Made by a program: the position numbers and the translations under genes. From assembly GCF_009931435.1 (NCBI RefSeq), contig NZ_CP043414.1: a DNA stretch of 64,000 nt; one strand, written 5' to 3'. Source of the stretch: Escherichia coli (lineage in GTDB: Bacteria > Pseudomonadota > Gammaproteobacteria > Enterobacterales > Enterobacteriaceae). The notes beneath the pieces were generated by a model. The model ran no database searches. It saw only the letters and a program-made list of their open reading frames with translations, and was not told where the DNA came from. Each line of letters starts with the position of its first letter. The stretch's first letter is position 1. Shown here one piece after another: positions 8,505 through 19,359 of this stretch.

Positions 8505-11500
8505 TAAACCCAAAGAATCTATAAACCGAACAGGGTTTAATGGATATTTATACAGATTCCATTCACCTCTTAGCCCGATTGGATCCTGGGTGATATACCT
8601 CCCCTGTAGCGGGTCATAGTACCGGTTCCGGTTATAATACAGCCCCGACTCCTCATCGTGTTGCTGCCCTGGCAGACGGTACGGCTGGTGCATGTGATGC
8701 GAGTTTTCCTCATTCAGCAGGTTTCCCCACTCATCATACTCCCCGCTCCACGCCGTATTGCCGTCTTCGCTGATGAGCGCCAGCGGCAGGCCCCGGTGGT
8801 CGCAGTGATACAGATGCAGCGTGCGTGCCGGTGTGTATTCCGGCTCCACCTGTCTGGCCAGTTGCTCCACCGTCAGCCCGCACTGCGCAAGCCACGCCCG
8901 GCTTTCACTGCTCACGCGGTCTGCCCGGATTTCTTCCTCCAGCCTGTCCAGCATCCTCACAAGTTCTGCCGGGAACACCACACCGTGCCCGTCCTCACTC
9001 CCTTCCTGCTGCAGCTTCTCCGCCAGGCTCCGGCGCTGCGCTTTCTCCCGCTCGCCGTTCTCTGTTTCGATGCGGATGAGCGGCGTGAAGCTCCCAGGCT
9101 GGTAGACCGTCTGGATACGTGTGGTGTCGGTCTGTACCGTCGTCAGCCGGTCACCGTCCCACCCGTACCACGTTACCTCCGGTTTACGCGACAGCGACAT
9201 CCACCCCGTCAGGTCACGCTCCCGCCGCCATACCCGTTTCGCCATTCGCCGTCCCAGCGGGTCGTAGAGGTAGCGGCTCTCGACCAGTGGCTCGCCATGC
9301 TGTATCCGCGTGTAGAACACCAGGCGTGCTGGCTGTCGTAGTGGTAGTGGTGGGTCCGCTCGTCGTCCGTCCGTATCACACCCGCCGGGATGCGGTCCGT
9401 CTTCTCCGTCAGCCTGCCGTATTCATCGTGGCGGTAGACATAGTGCGCATCCTCCGCGATGCGGTTATCCGGCCACACTGTGAGTGTACTGTCCGGGTGC
9501 AGCTCCGGGTCCGGCAGCCGGTTGCCCGCCGGGTCCGTGGCATACGGGATGCGGATGTCCAGGTCCGGTGCGAGGGTGCGCACGCTCTCCAGCCTGCCCG
9601 TGGCACTGTAGCCGTATTCCCGCGTCTGTCGCGGGCCGCTGATGCGCACCAGGTCGCCGTTGTCATTCCACCCGTAGTCACGGTCATACACCAGGCTGTT
9701 CAGGTGCTGACTCTGTAACTGACCTGCGGGGGTGTATGTGCTGGTCAGTTCGTATGCGGAATTACTGCCTGCCATGCTGCCGAAGCTGCGCACCGTCTCA
9801 CGGTGCAGCCTGTCCCGCGTATACTCGACCAGCGGCGTCCCGCCCAGCTTCATTCCCGCCAGGTAACCGCTGCCATACGTCAGCCACTCCACCGGCGGCA
9901 GGCTGTCCGGCGTGACGCGGTTTGCCAGCCCCTGTTCGTTGTATGCCTGTTTCGTCTCATGCTGCCAGAGCAGTTCCTCCGTCTCCGGGTTATGCACCGT
10001 CTGGCGCTCGCCAGTCAGACGGCCCTTGTCGTCATAGCCATAGTGGACGGCAACACGGTGGCCTTCGCTCAGGTGGCTGATTTCTCTCAGCCAGCCGTGG
10101 CCATCATACTGCCACTGCTCTGCCGGTTCGCCGTTCACCGTGCGGTGCGTGATGCGGTCCGATTCGTCGTAGTGCCAGAGGGTGACAAGCCCCTCATCTT
10201 CACTCTGCGTGAGTTTTCCGGTCAGGTCATAGTGGTAACGTTGCGTCCGCCCGTCAAAGCCGCGCTGCTGTACCAGCCGGTCCAGCGCATCGTAGGTAAA
10301 CTCACTTCGGCTGCCGTTCTCGTTAGTCAGCGTGGTGACACGTCCGGCAGCATCATACTCCATACTGCGCGTCAGCCCGCCCTGCGTGGTACTGACCGCC
10401 TTTCCCCACGCATCGTACTGTGTCTCACTCCGGTTGCCATCCGGGGTGATGACGGCGGTCAGGTCGCCTGCGGCGTTGTACTCATACTGCGTTTCACGGC
10501 CCTGTGCGTCTTTCACCGAGGTTAACCGGCCACGGTTGTCATAGCGGCGGTAAAGGCTGATACCTTCCTCGCGGTGAACCGCCGTCATCTGGCCGAAGCG
10601 GTCGTATTCATAGCGGGTCTGGTAGCCCGAGCAGTCGGTGAAGGCCAGCAACTGCCCGTAGCGGCTCCAGGTCATCTGCCGGGTGCTGCCCGTCGCATCC
10701 GTTGTCGTCGCCGGTAACTCACTGTGCGGATTATCATAAGCATACCGGATGACGTCCCCGCTGCGCGATGTCTCCGTTACCAGCCTGTCCCGCTCATCAT
10801 ACGCCCGGCGGCTCTCCAGCCCGTCCGGGGACACCACCGCCGTTAACTGGTTCCCGTCGTTATAGTAAAATTTCGTCTCCCGCCCGTCCGGCGTGGTGAT
10901 ATCCGTGATATCGCCGGACACCACATTCAGGCCGTACTCTGTCCGCCGTCCCGCCGCGTCCGTCTGTGCCGTGAGCCTTCCTGCCGCGTCATACCCGCTG
11001 TGCGTGACGCTGCCGTCCGCCAGTTCTTTTTTCACCACCCGCTTCAGCCCGGCCCCGCCTTCTGTATGCAGCACCTCTCGCCGGTTCAGGCTGTCCGTGA
11101 TGGTGATGCGGTCCTGCTCATAAAGATAGCGATAGCTTAACCCTGCCGGGTTCAGCTGCTCCACCACCCGCCCGGTATCGTCGTAGCGGTAGCGCATCTC
11201 CGGCCTTCCCGCATAACGGTGCCCCACCATCCGGCCCGGGTGCTGCGCGTCATACGTGAAAGCGCGCACCTGCGTATTGCTGCGGTCATATACCGCCAGC
11301 AGTTCACCGGCTTCCGTATACGTGTAACGCGCCAGTGGCGCACCGGGCAGATTCTCCGGGTATGCCGGGTCGTGCATCAGCCACACCGCCGAAAGACGGA
11401 TGCCCCTGTCGGGGCCGTATTCCGTACCGGGCAGTGTGTCGGGGAACGCTGAGGCTGAGAGAGGGCGGGAACGGTCAGAAGAAGATAGCGAAGAGGTGCG

Positions 11501-12277
11501 GGCCTCTTCCGCACGCTGCGCCTGCGTGGTCAGCACCAGACGGAACTTCCGCCCGGCACCGTCCGTCACGCTGGTGATTTCCCCAGCCAGGTCACCGGCG
11601 GCCTCACGCCGGTACGTCAGCGTCCGCCCGAAGCGGTCCGCCAGCCCGGTAAGCACCCGGTACGGCGGCAGCGGCGCTGGCAGTACGTCCTCAGCACCCG
11701 GCACCCGCTCACTCCACCCCAGTATCCACCACGACCCCTGTGCGCTGTTGGTCGCCAGGTAAAGATGCGGGCTTAACCGGATATCCGGCGGCAGCGCCCC
11801 CCACAGTCGCGCCAGCGTGTGGCCGTCCGGCTGCGCTGCCTTACCACCGCGCACCAGCCACATTGACTCGCTGCGGCTGTACACCGCCTCCCCCGGCAGC
11901 AGCGGCTCAAAGTGAATGCTCCGCCCGCCGTTGTCGTTGAGTATCAGTGCGTCATCACGTAGCTGTAAGCGGATATCCGAAGGCGCTTTCCAGCCGGGGC
12001 CGAAAACGCCCACCGGGGCAGGCGTCCTCGTCCGGTAGCTGCTGTAGGTGCGGGAGAGAATGAACGGCAGCGGGCCGGGCAGCGCAAGGTCCGTCTCGCC
12101 GGGCAGCACCTTCGCCCCCAGCAGCGGATTTACCGGGTTGCCCGAAGTCATCCCGCCCGGACACACCGAGCACGCCACGCCGGTGGGCGCGCCAATTCTT
12201 ACACCTGCCGAACCCTGGACAATGGGACCGCCATACTGAGTCATATCTCCCTGACGCGCTGCTGGTTTTCCGCTCAT
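8025..12277 (-). CDS. rhsE: Rhs-family protein (PAAR-like N-terminus, YD-repeat core, variable C-terminal toxin domain); reading frame broken by an apparent 1-nt deletion near 9327
   Basis: ORF 9209-12277 (1022 aa) starts [25 protein letters not shown] with an ATG at 12275-12277 and runs through YD repeats to ...[13 protein letters not shown] 8025-9320 (431 aa) continues in another frame through ...[27 protein letters not shown] and the C-terminal domain. Symbol assigned by locus position only. Confidence 0.85.
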
Positions 12278-12343
12278 GATTCAATTCCTTCTTCTGTTTA
12301 TTTTTAATGCTTGTTTGTTACTGAATACCGAACAGGTACGGGA

Positions 12344-14452
12344 TCAGTACTCTCTCATATCCGGCGTATCCTGCTTTTCATCAGGGGTCTTCGGTGGGGA
12401 TTTCGAGGCTGCACAGTTCCAGTTAATCAACAGTGAGTCACCATTAACCTGCTCCTTACCCTGCAAATGAATTTTTGTGCCGTTGAGAAAAATTTGTCCG
12501 TCCTTAGTCAGCACCAGCCTTGCCTTACCACAGCAGAGTTCCAGATGCTCACCGGCGGAGTAAATCGCGGTCTGCCCGGTATCATCCTTTTTCGTTTTAC
12601 CAACGGTGAAGGTAACGTTATTTCCGACTTTGACGTCATAACCCAGCCCGACCATCAACGATTTATGCAAACCGATCTGCGAGGACTGCATCAGGGCCAC
12701 CGAGGTGTTCATAATGCCACCTACCGTCGTCTGATACGCCACGCCCACAGTCAGCGCACGAACAAGTCCAATCGTTTCCACCTGAACAGAGCCCACTTTA
12801 ATGATCTGGTTACTGCCCACCGTCTCTATCTGGTTAACGCCCACCGTCTGTATCTGATTGTTGGTAACCGCAATCACCTGATTGTTGCCGATGGTCTCAG
12901 CATGGTTGTTTATCACATCCGTGGTGCGGTTATTCAGCACCTCGGTGTTCATGTTCTTCTGCGCGTGGATGTAGACCTGTTCTTTCCCTGTCGCATCGTC
13001 AAACTTCAGTTCATTAAACCCGCTGCCCTTATAGGTTTTCGAACGAATGGTCATCTGCGTCTTTGTTCCCGGCAGGCTGCCGGGGGTGCGGTTTTCCTGG
13101 TGGTAGGTACGCCCCATAATAATCGGCTGGTCCGGATCGCCGTTGAGGAAGTCCACAATGACCTCCTGACCCACACGCGGTATCGCCAGGTTACCAAACC
13201 CGGTGCCTGCCCACGCCTGTGCCACACGGATCCAGCATGAACTGTCCTGGTTTGACGGGTTATAACGGTCCCAGTTAAATTTCACCCGCACGCGGCCATG
13301 TTCATCACAGAAGATTTCTTCTCCTGCCGGTCCCGTCACGACGGCGCTCTGCGGGCCATCCACCAGCGGTTTCAGCAACGGCTGTGGCCGCCATGTTCTG
13401 TCTGCCGGTATTACCGCAAAGTGGTTATTCAGCGTGGTACCTGAACCCCTGCGTCCCGGCACCGCCTGCGGCTGCTCGCCGTGCAGTTCACTTGCCACCA
13501 CCTGCCATTCCCGGTTCAGGTTCGCCTGCGGATGCCCCGTCAGCGCAATTCGCCGTCCCGGCCATATCTCCGGAGAACGGCTTGTTCCGCGCGCCACTTC
13601 TGCGTTGTTTCGCCAGCCATCCATCTGCCAGCGGGCAAAGTTCTGCCCGTGGGCACCCTTGAAACGTCCGGGGTAGTCATACACTTCATACTGTGTGCGC
13701 TGGTAATCCTGGTACTGGCCTTCCTGATCAAAACGCCCTGCCCAGCCGGGTCGTTTAAAGGTGTAGTCCTTGGTCACCACGGAAGAAGGGCGGATTTGTG
13801 CGCTGTAGCGGAACTGGCTGATGCATAGGGTGCTCACCTCGGTACGGGTGTTCGGATTCCAGGGGATCTCAAAGGACTCCGGCAGATAACGCACGGTGTC
13901 GCACAGGACCAGGCTCTGGTCGGTACTTTTTTGCGCGTGCTCCTCATAAAAGAAGATGCCTTCCTCCGCCGCCATCCGGCACAGGAAATCGTAATCGGTT
14001 TCGCCGTACTGGACACAAAACTCACGGGAAGGATGCGGCTCGCTGAACAGCGGACTCCACTCGGTCACCCCGTTTTCTTTCAGGATCGTCGCGAGTATGC
14101 TTTCGATGTCCTCATTCTGGAAGATACGGAAGTTCTGGCGCAGCCCTGTGCGCCACAGCGGTGGGCACACCTTCATGCTGTACAGCATCTGGTTTTTGTC
14201 GTTCTCCCCCAGTTCAAACCAGGTCACCACACCTTTTACCCGGCGCTGTACGTCATCGCCCTGCCATACCGTCAGGTAGGCCATTTTGTCGAGGATCTGC
14301 GGAAATTCAAGGGAAAGAAACTGCTGACTGACCAGAGAAAGGTCGAGGGAAAAAAGTGAAGAGAGTGACTGGGTGAGATGAAAGGAAACCACCGCAAACG
14401 CGTCCGGTGGCAGGCCGTCCACTTCCAGCGTGAAACGTAATCCGGTTGACAT
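12344..14452 (-). CDS. vgrG: Type VI secretion spike protein VgrG
   Basis: N-terminus MSTGLRFTLEVDGLPPDAFAVVSFHL... is typical of VgrG; gp27/gp5-like middle region and C-terminal repeats (VINNHAETIGNNQVIAVTNNQIQTVGVNQIETVGSNQ); start set at the ATG at 14450-14452 with GGAGG upstream; ends 66 bp before the Rhs start. Confidence 0.9.
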   Translation of the reverse strand: MSTGLRFTLEVDGLPPDAFAVVSFHLTQSLSSLFSLDLSLVSQQFLSLEFPQILDKMAYLTVWQGDDVQRRVKGVVTWFELGENDKNQMLYSMKVCPPLWRTGLRQNFRIFQNEDIESILATILKENGVTEWSPLFSEPHPSREFCVQYGETDYDFLCRMAAEEGIFFYEEHAQKSTDQSLVLCDTVRYLPESFEIPWNPNTRTEVSTLCISQFRYSAQIRPSSVVTKDYTFKRPGWAGRFDQEGQYQDYQRTQYEVYDYPGRFKGAHGQNFARWQMDGWRNNAEVARGTSRSPEIWPGRRIALTGHPQANLNREWQVVASELHGEQPQAVPGRRGSGTTLNNHFAVIPADRTWRPQPLLKPLVDGPQSAVVTGPAGEEIFCDEHGRVRVKFNWDRYNPSNQDSSCWIRVAQAWAGTGFGNLAIPRVGQEVIVDFLNGDPDQPIIMGRTYHQENRTPGSLPGTKTQMTIRSKTYKGSGFNELKFDDATGKEQVYIHAQKNMNTEVLNNRTTDVINNHAETIGNNQVIAVTNNQIQTVGVNQIETVGSNQIIKVGSVQVETIGLVRALTVGVAYQTTVGGIMNTSVALMQSSQIGLHKSLMVGLGYDVKVGNNVTFTVGKTKKDDTGQTAIYSAGEHLELCCGKARLVLTKDGQIFLNGTKIHLQGKEQVNGDSLLINWNCAASKSPPKTPDEKQDTPDMREY

Positions 14453-15272
14453 AGCAACCTCCGTGAAAATGAATAATAATCCGCACATATTGCATGTACA
14501 ACATGTCGGACGGATGAGATAAGCGAGTCGACATCTGGCGTTACCGGGGAATATCAGAAAAATGTCATGGTTATGTGATGATTTAGTCTGGGATTTTACT
14601 TCAGAGAAACGGGTGTCTGTTTAGTCAACAAAATAATCACAAACGCAACGGATGGGTTCTCGACGTTATTCACGACAGGCTCGTACATTACAGCGAGTAA
14701 TAAAAAACCTGATATGCAAAGTCAAACCAATATTCATAATGTCTTTTTATTCACAAAAATAAATAATTCAATAACAATCATTGAAATGAATGATGGTTTG
14801 TATAAGGAATATACGCTACCGCCCCACCCTGATAACATGATCTGCACATTGCCATCTTAACGTCGTTAAACACTGGCTTAATAGTGGATATTTCAAATTA
14901 GGAATTTATTAAATTCACCTGATGAATATCATAAGCAAATAGCATAGAAAATAATGACAACTCCCCCGAGGGGACCATTTCCAAAGCACTGCAACACCAC
15001 CTGGTGCCCGGATGATCTTGCTTCAGTGGTAAGAGTACCTGATTCATTGTTCCCAAAATGGTGTTTTCCCCTGCCCCTCCAATAACGTGCAGCTCTCACG
15101 TGATAATCTATTGATTAGGTTATATTAAGAATCAATATTTGAAATACATCCATTTTCTTGAATAAATCAACATATTTATTTATCAATTGCTGTTTTAGCT
15201 CTGACTCATCAAACTCTCCATATTTTTCCTACAGAAAATCGCGAATAAATACAGAGAACGCCATTTATCCTT

Positions 15273-15485
15273 TTAGCATACCTGCCGGATATTTTTATTT
15301 GTATTAATATTAATTGCATCTCCAACTCCGAGCATATCCATTATTAAAGACATTTTGAGATTATAGAATGCCTGTGATAACAACTGAAACATCTGCACAA
15401 TGTGAATAGTTAGTTTCTTTTCAGAGGAAATGAAATAGACAAGCTGAATGAAAGGGAGAGTGATATAAATTAAAAAACATAACAT
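15273..15485 (-). CDS. Small hypothetical protein (70 aa), possibly yncH-like
   Basis: Only ORF in the AT-rich 1.1-kb spacer between vgrG and yncG; coding status uncertain. Confidence 0.3.
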   Translation of the reverse strand: MLCFLIYITLPFIQLVYFISSEKKLTIHIVQMFQLLSQAFYNLKMSLIMDMLGVGDAININTNKNIRQVC

Positions 15486-15560
15486 GAATCTAATTAATTA
15501 CGTCCATCATTGTGGATAAAGTTACTGAATAATAAATAACATAATATTCTGGTATCCCAC

Positions 15561-16178
15561 TCAAATAATTTCATTCCTTTTTAATACTTCTTGTAATTTC
15601 GGTAACTGACATACAGCATCAGCGATCGCACTGATATTCGTGGCATTATCCTGAAACCATTCATGCCCAGGCCCCCATGTGCGCATAGTGCAAAGATAAC
15701 AGTCCACCAGCGTTAGTTGCTCACCAAACGCATAAGGTTCAGCGGTCAATTGTGAATTCAGCCAGATATAAAGCGATTTACGATATTCAATAACATTCTT
15801 CTTTAACTGTTCGGGTGCGTCAGGAGCCCAACGCTCAGGGTAATCGGCGAAAGTGAATGTTGGATAGACATTAGCAACCAGCCAGACCAATAGCCGTTGA
15901 AACTGCTGACGTTCGGCGCGCCTAACCGGTGGCGCAAGGTCCGGGCGACGATCGAGAACCATCAATGCAATCGCCGCTGTCTCCGTCATAATCTCGTCAT
16001 TTTCCAGCGCCAGTGTCGGAATCTGACACAACGGGTTCAGGGTTTTCAATAACTCGCGTGAAGTTCCCTCGTGGTCAAAACCACTGACATCAACGAACTG
16101 ATAAGGAATATCAGCCAGTGATAGCATCAGCTCACTGATTGTAGAGCCCCATCCGGGTACGCCATACACCTTAATCAT
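15561..16178 (-). CDS. yncG: Glutathione S-transferase homolog
   Basis: 205-aa ORF with ATG start; thioredoxin-like GST N-terminal fold; position next to ansP. Confidence 0.85.
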   Translation of the reverse strand: MIKVYGVPGWGSTISELMLSLADIPYQFVDVSGFDHEGTSRELLKTLNPLCQIPTLALENDEIMTETAAIALMVLDRRPDLAPPVRRAERQQFQRLLVWLVANVYPTFTFADYPERWAPDAPEQLKKNVIEYRKSLYIWLNSQLTAEPYAFGEQLTLVDCYLCTMRTWGPGHEWFQDNATNISAIADAVCQLPKLQEVLKRNEII

Positions 16179-16444
16179 ATGCCCCTCACAATCTTTTAAA
16201 GATTAAGTGTAGGACAGTACACAGGTTAACCAGCAAAAGGATTTGTCATTTTTTCGTCAGTTGTATTATTCCCCTTCAGGATTGTAAGGGGATGTTTTGC
16301 ATCGTTTATCGATAACGGGTAGGATGCTGCGCCGATAGTTTTATACCCATAAAGAATAATGGTGATAACTATCATCGCCAGGATGAATAAACATTGTTCA
16401 TGGCAACTTATATGACTTTTTCATTAAAGCAATCAGGGAGAGCA

Positions 16445-17944
16445 ATGAGTAAACACGACACCGACACTTCAGATCAACACGCCGCGAAACGTCGCTGGCT
16501 TAATGCCCACGAAGAGGGGTATCACAAAGCGATGGGCAATCGCCAGGTACAGATGATCGCCATTGGCGGCGCGATTGGCACCGGCTTGTTTTTAGGTGCA
16601 GGAGCCCGACTGCAAATGGCGGGGCCAGCACTGGCACTGGTCTATTTAATCTGCGGCCTGTTTTCATTTTTTATTCTGCGTGCATTGGGTGAGCTGGTGC
16701 TACACCGCCCTTCCAGTGGCAGTTTTGTCTCTTATGCCCGTGAGTTTTTGGGTGAGAAAGCCGCTTACGTTGCTGGCTGGATGTACTTCATCAACTGGGC
16801 GATGACCGGGATTGTTGATATTACCGCTGTCGCTCTGTATATGCATTACTGGGGCGCGTTTGGCGGCGTGCCGCAGTGGGTCTTTGCGCTCGCTGCGCTG
16901 ACCATCGTTGGCACCATGAATATGATCGGTGTGAAATGGTTTGCGGAGATGGAGTTCTGGTTTGCGCTTATTAAAGTGCTCGCCATTGTGACCTTTTTGG
17001 TCGTGGGTACAGTGTTCCTCGGTAGTGGTCAGCCGCTGGATGGCAACACCACTGGCTTTCATTTAATCACCGATAATGGCGGCTTCTTCCCCCATGGTTT
17101 GCTACCTGCGCTGGTATTGATTCAGGGCGTAGTGTTTGCTTTTGCCTCCATTGAAATGGTGGGTACAGCTGCCGGAGAATGTAAAGATCCGCAGACCATG
17201 GTGCCTAAAGCGATTAACAGTGTGATTTGGCGTATTGGCCTGTTTTACGTCGGCTCCGTGGTGTTGCTGGTTATGTTATTGCCGTGGAGCGCGTATCAGG
17301 CGGGGCAAAGTCCGTTCGTGACGTTTTTCTCTAAACTGGGCGTGCCTTACATCGGCAGCATTATGAACATTGTGGTGCTGACCGCTGCCCTCTCCAGCCT
17401 GAACTCAGGTCTGTACTGCACCGGACGTATTCTGCGCTCAATGGCGATGGGCGGTTCCGCACCGAGTTTTATGGCGAAAATGAGTCGTCAGCATGTGCCG
17501 TATGCCGGGATTCTGGCGACACTAGTTGTGTATGTCGTCGGCGTATTCCTCAACTATCTGGTGCCGTCGCGCGTATTTGAAATTGTGTTGAATTTCGCGT
17601 CGCTGGGAATCATCGCATCATGGGCGTTTATCATTGTTTGCCAGATGCGCCTGCGTAAAGCGATTAAAGAAGGCAAAGCAGCGGATGTCAGTTTTAAACT
17701 GCCTGGCGCGCCCTTCACTTCCTGGCTGACATTACTGTTTTTGCTGAGCGTCCTGGTGCTGATGGCGTTCGATTACCCGAACGGAACTTATACCATTGCG
17801 GCGCTGCCGATTATCGGTATTCTGCTGGTTATAGGCTGGTTTGGTGTGCGCAAACGCGTTGCTGAAATTCACAGCACTGCGCCAGTCGTCGAGGAAGATG
17901 AAGAACAACAGGAAATTGTGTTTAAGCCAGAGACGGCGAGTTAA
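16445..17944 (+). CDS. ansP: L-asparagine permease (APC family)
   Basis: Amino-acid permease signature (MIAIGGAIGTGLFLGAG); start moved to the ATG at 16445 (GGGAG RBS), giving 499 aa. Confidence 0.92.
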   Translation: MSKHDTDTSDQHAAKRRWLNAHEEGYHKAMGNRQVQMIAIGGAIGTGLFLGAGARLQMAGPALALVYLICGLFSFFILRALGELVLHRPSSGSFVSYAREFLGEKAAYVAGWMYFINWAMTGIVDITAVALYMHYWGAFGGVPQWVFALAALTIVGTMNMIGVKWFAEMEFWFALIKVLAIVTFLVVGTVFLGSGQPLDGNTTGFHLITDNGGFFPHGLLPALVLIQGVVFAFASIEMVGTAAGECKDPQTMVPKAINSVIWRIGLFYVGSVVLLVMLLPWSAYQAGQSPFVTFFSKLGVPYIGSIMNIVVLTAALSSLNSGLYCTGRILRSMAMGGSAPSFMAKMSRQHVPYAGILATLVVYVVGVFLNYLVPSRVFEIVLNFASLGIIASWAFIIVCQMRLRKAIKEGKAADVSFKLPGAPFTSWLTLLFLLSVLVLMAFDYPNGTYTIAALPIIGILLVIGWFGVRKRVAEIHSTAPVVEEDEEQQEIVFKPETAS

Positions 17945-17954
17945 TTGCAAAATT

Positions 17955-17973
17955 GCCCGGCTATGTGCCGGGC
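17955..17973. terminator. Hairpin between convergent ansP and yncE (gcccggctatgtgccgggc)
   Basis: GC-rich stem-loop with a T-run on the minus-strand side. Confidence 0.5.
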
Positions 17974-18056
17974 AAATTCAGATTAGAAACGAGGGTGCCG
18001 GATGCGGCGTGATAAAAGTCAGGCAAGTCTCTCAGTTTTCACCCTCGCCATATCTA

Positions 18057-19118
18057 TTACAACGCAATACGAATCACATCGTCCGGCTGAGTAGCTTCCT
18101 GCTGTTTAGTAGATTTTTGTTTCACACTGACATACAGCGTTTTGCCATCGGCAGACAGCGCCAGGCTGTTCGGATGGGTCGGCGTATCGAACGTTTTCAC
18201 CACTTTATAGCTTTTCGCGTCAATCACACTGACTTTACCTGCCTGACGATGCGTTACGTAGGCTTCATTACGCGCTGGGTTAAACAGCACAGCCAGTGAT
18301 TCCGGTGCCGCAACCTTCGCCAGAATATTGCCATTACGGGTATCGACCACTAGCACTTCTGCCGCTTTAGAATCGGTGATAAATGCACGCTGCCTGGCGG
18401 TATCGAGGCTGATGTTGATAAAGAAGTGCTCTTTGCCATCATCCAGCAGCTTTTTACGGCTGAGGATTTTATTGTCGGCGGTGTCGATGGTAATCAATTC
18501 ACCATCGGCATTAGTGGTGTAAAGACGTTTGCCTTTGCTATCCAGCGCCAGACCGGTACTCATTTTACCGGTGTTCTGGATGGCGGTTTTCAGTTTGATA
18601 TTCTCGCCATCAACGACCCAAATCACGCTCTCTTTACCAATACCACTGATGTAAACGGTGTTCGTGGCATCATCAGCTACCAACTCACGCGGTTGCAGCG
18701 GGCGCACCTCTTCCGTGCTCTTACGATCATCCAGCACCAGACGGCCTTTCACTTCGCCCGTTTTGGCATCTATCGCCGTGACCGCGCTGTTTACGGTGTT
18801 ACCAAACCACAACGTCTGAGTCGTGTTATTGATGGTGGCACCAAACGGCTTGAGATCGTTATGGATCGCCTGCGTCACTTCCAGAGTGACCGGATCAAGA
18901 CGATAAACCACGCCACCTTTATCCAGTTTGCGGCTTTGCGAAGTGGCGAGCCACAGCGCGTTTTCTTGCTGGCTATAAGCCATTTCGTAGGCACCTTTAC
19001 CTACCGCTTTACGCAGCATTTCTTCTGCGGCCTGCGTACTGAATGATGAAGCAACAAGCAATGAACCTAACAGTAATGAACCACGCAGGCGCGATGAAAA
19101 CAGATGACGTAAATGCAT
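18057..19118 (-). CDS. yncE: Periplasmic beta-propeller protein YncE
   Basis: 353-aa ORF with signal peptide (MHLRHLFSSRLRGSLLLGSLLVASSFSTQA); order matches K-12. Confidence 0.88.
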   Translation of the reverse strand: MHLRHLFSSRLRGSLLLGSLLVASSFSTQAAEEMLRKAVGKGAYEMAYSQQENALWLATSQSRKLDKGGVVYRLDPVTLEVTQAIHNDLKPFGATINNTTQTLWFGNTVNSAVTAIDAKTGEVKGRLVLDDRKSTEEVRPLQPRELVADDATNTVYISGIGKESVIWVVDGENIKLKTAIQNTGKMSTGLALDSKGKRLYTTNADGELITIDTADNKILSRKKLLDDGKEHFFINISLDTARQRAFITDSKAAEVLVVDTRNGNILAKVAAPESLAVLFNPARNEAYVTHRQAGKVSVIDAKSYKVVKTFDTPTHPNSLALSADGKTLYVSVKQKSTKQQEATQPDDVIRIAL

Positions 19119-19359
19119 GACGACTCCCTTTGATGAACCGATATTTTTGCTGCTTCACAATGCTTCGCTAAGCGTAATCATCGTTACGCTCTTGTTATAA
19201 ATGGGAATGATAATCATTATTTTCTCAAATGTGGAGCATTTCTTGCCGTTACGACTACAATTTTCTCAATTACTTAACGTATTGTGCCGTTTCATTTTCC
19301 ATAAATTTACAATTTCATTACCATGACGGCGTTTTCCCATTCTTAACCTGGCTTTTTTC

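Noticed and set aside
9119-9718. Plus-strand ORFs (199 aa and others at 8658-9341, 9803-10525, 11400-11762) inside the Rhs region
   Set aside because: Shadow ORFs antisense to the GC-rich Rhs YD-repeat core; Arg/Pro/Ala-rich low-complexity translations.
8025-12277. Possible CRISPR array suggested by repetitive DNA
   Set aside because: The repetition is at protein level (YD repeats of Rhs) inside a continuous ORF; there are no regularly spaced identical direct repeats with unique spacers.
16700-17062. 120-aa minus-strand ORF
   Set aside because: Entirely antisense within ansP.
17990-18012. Single REP-like unit (gtgccggatgcggcgtga) after ansP
   Set aside because: Isolated partial palindrome, too short to call a BIME confidently; the nearby hairpin is already listed as a terminator.
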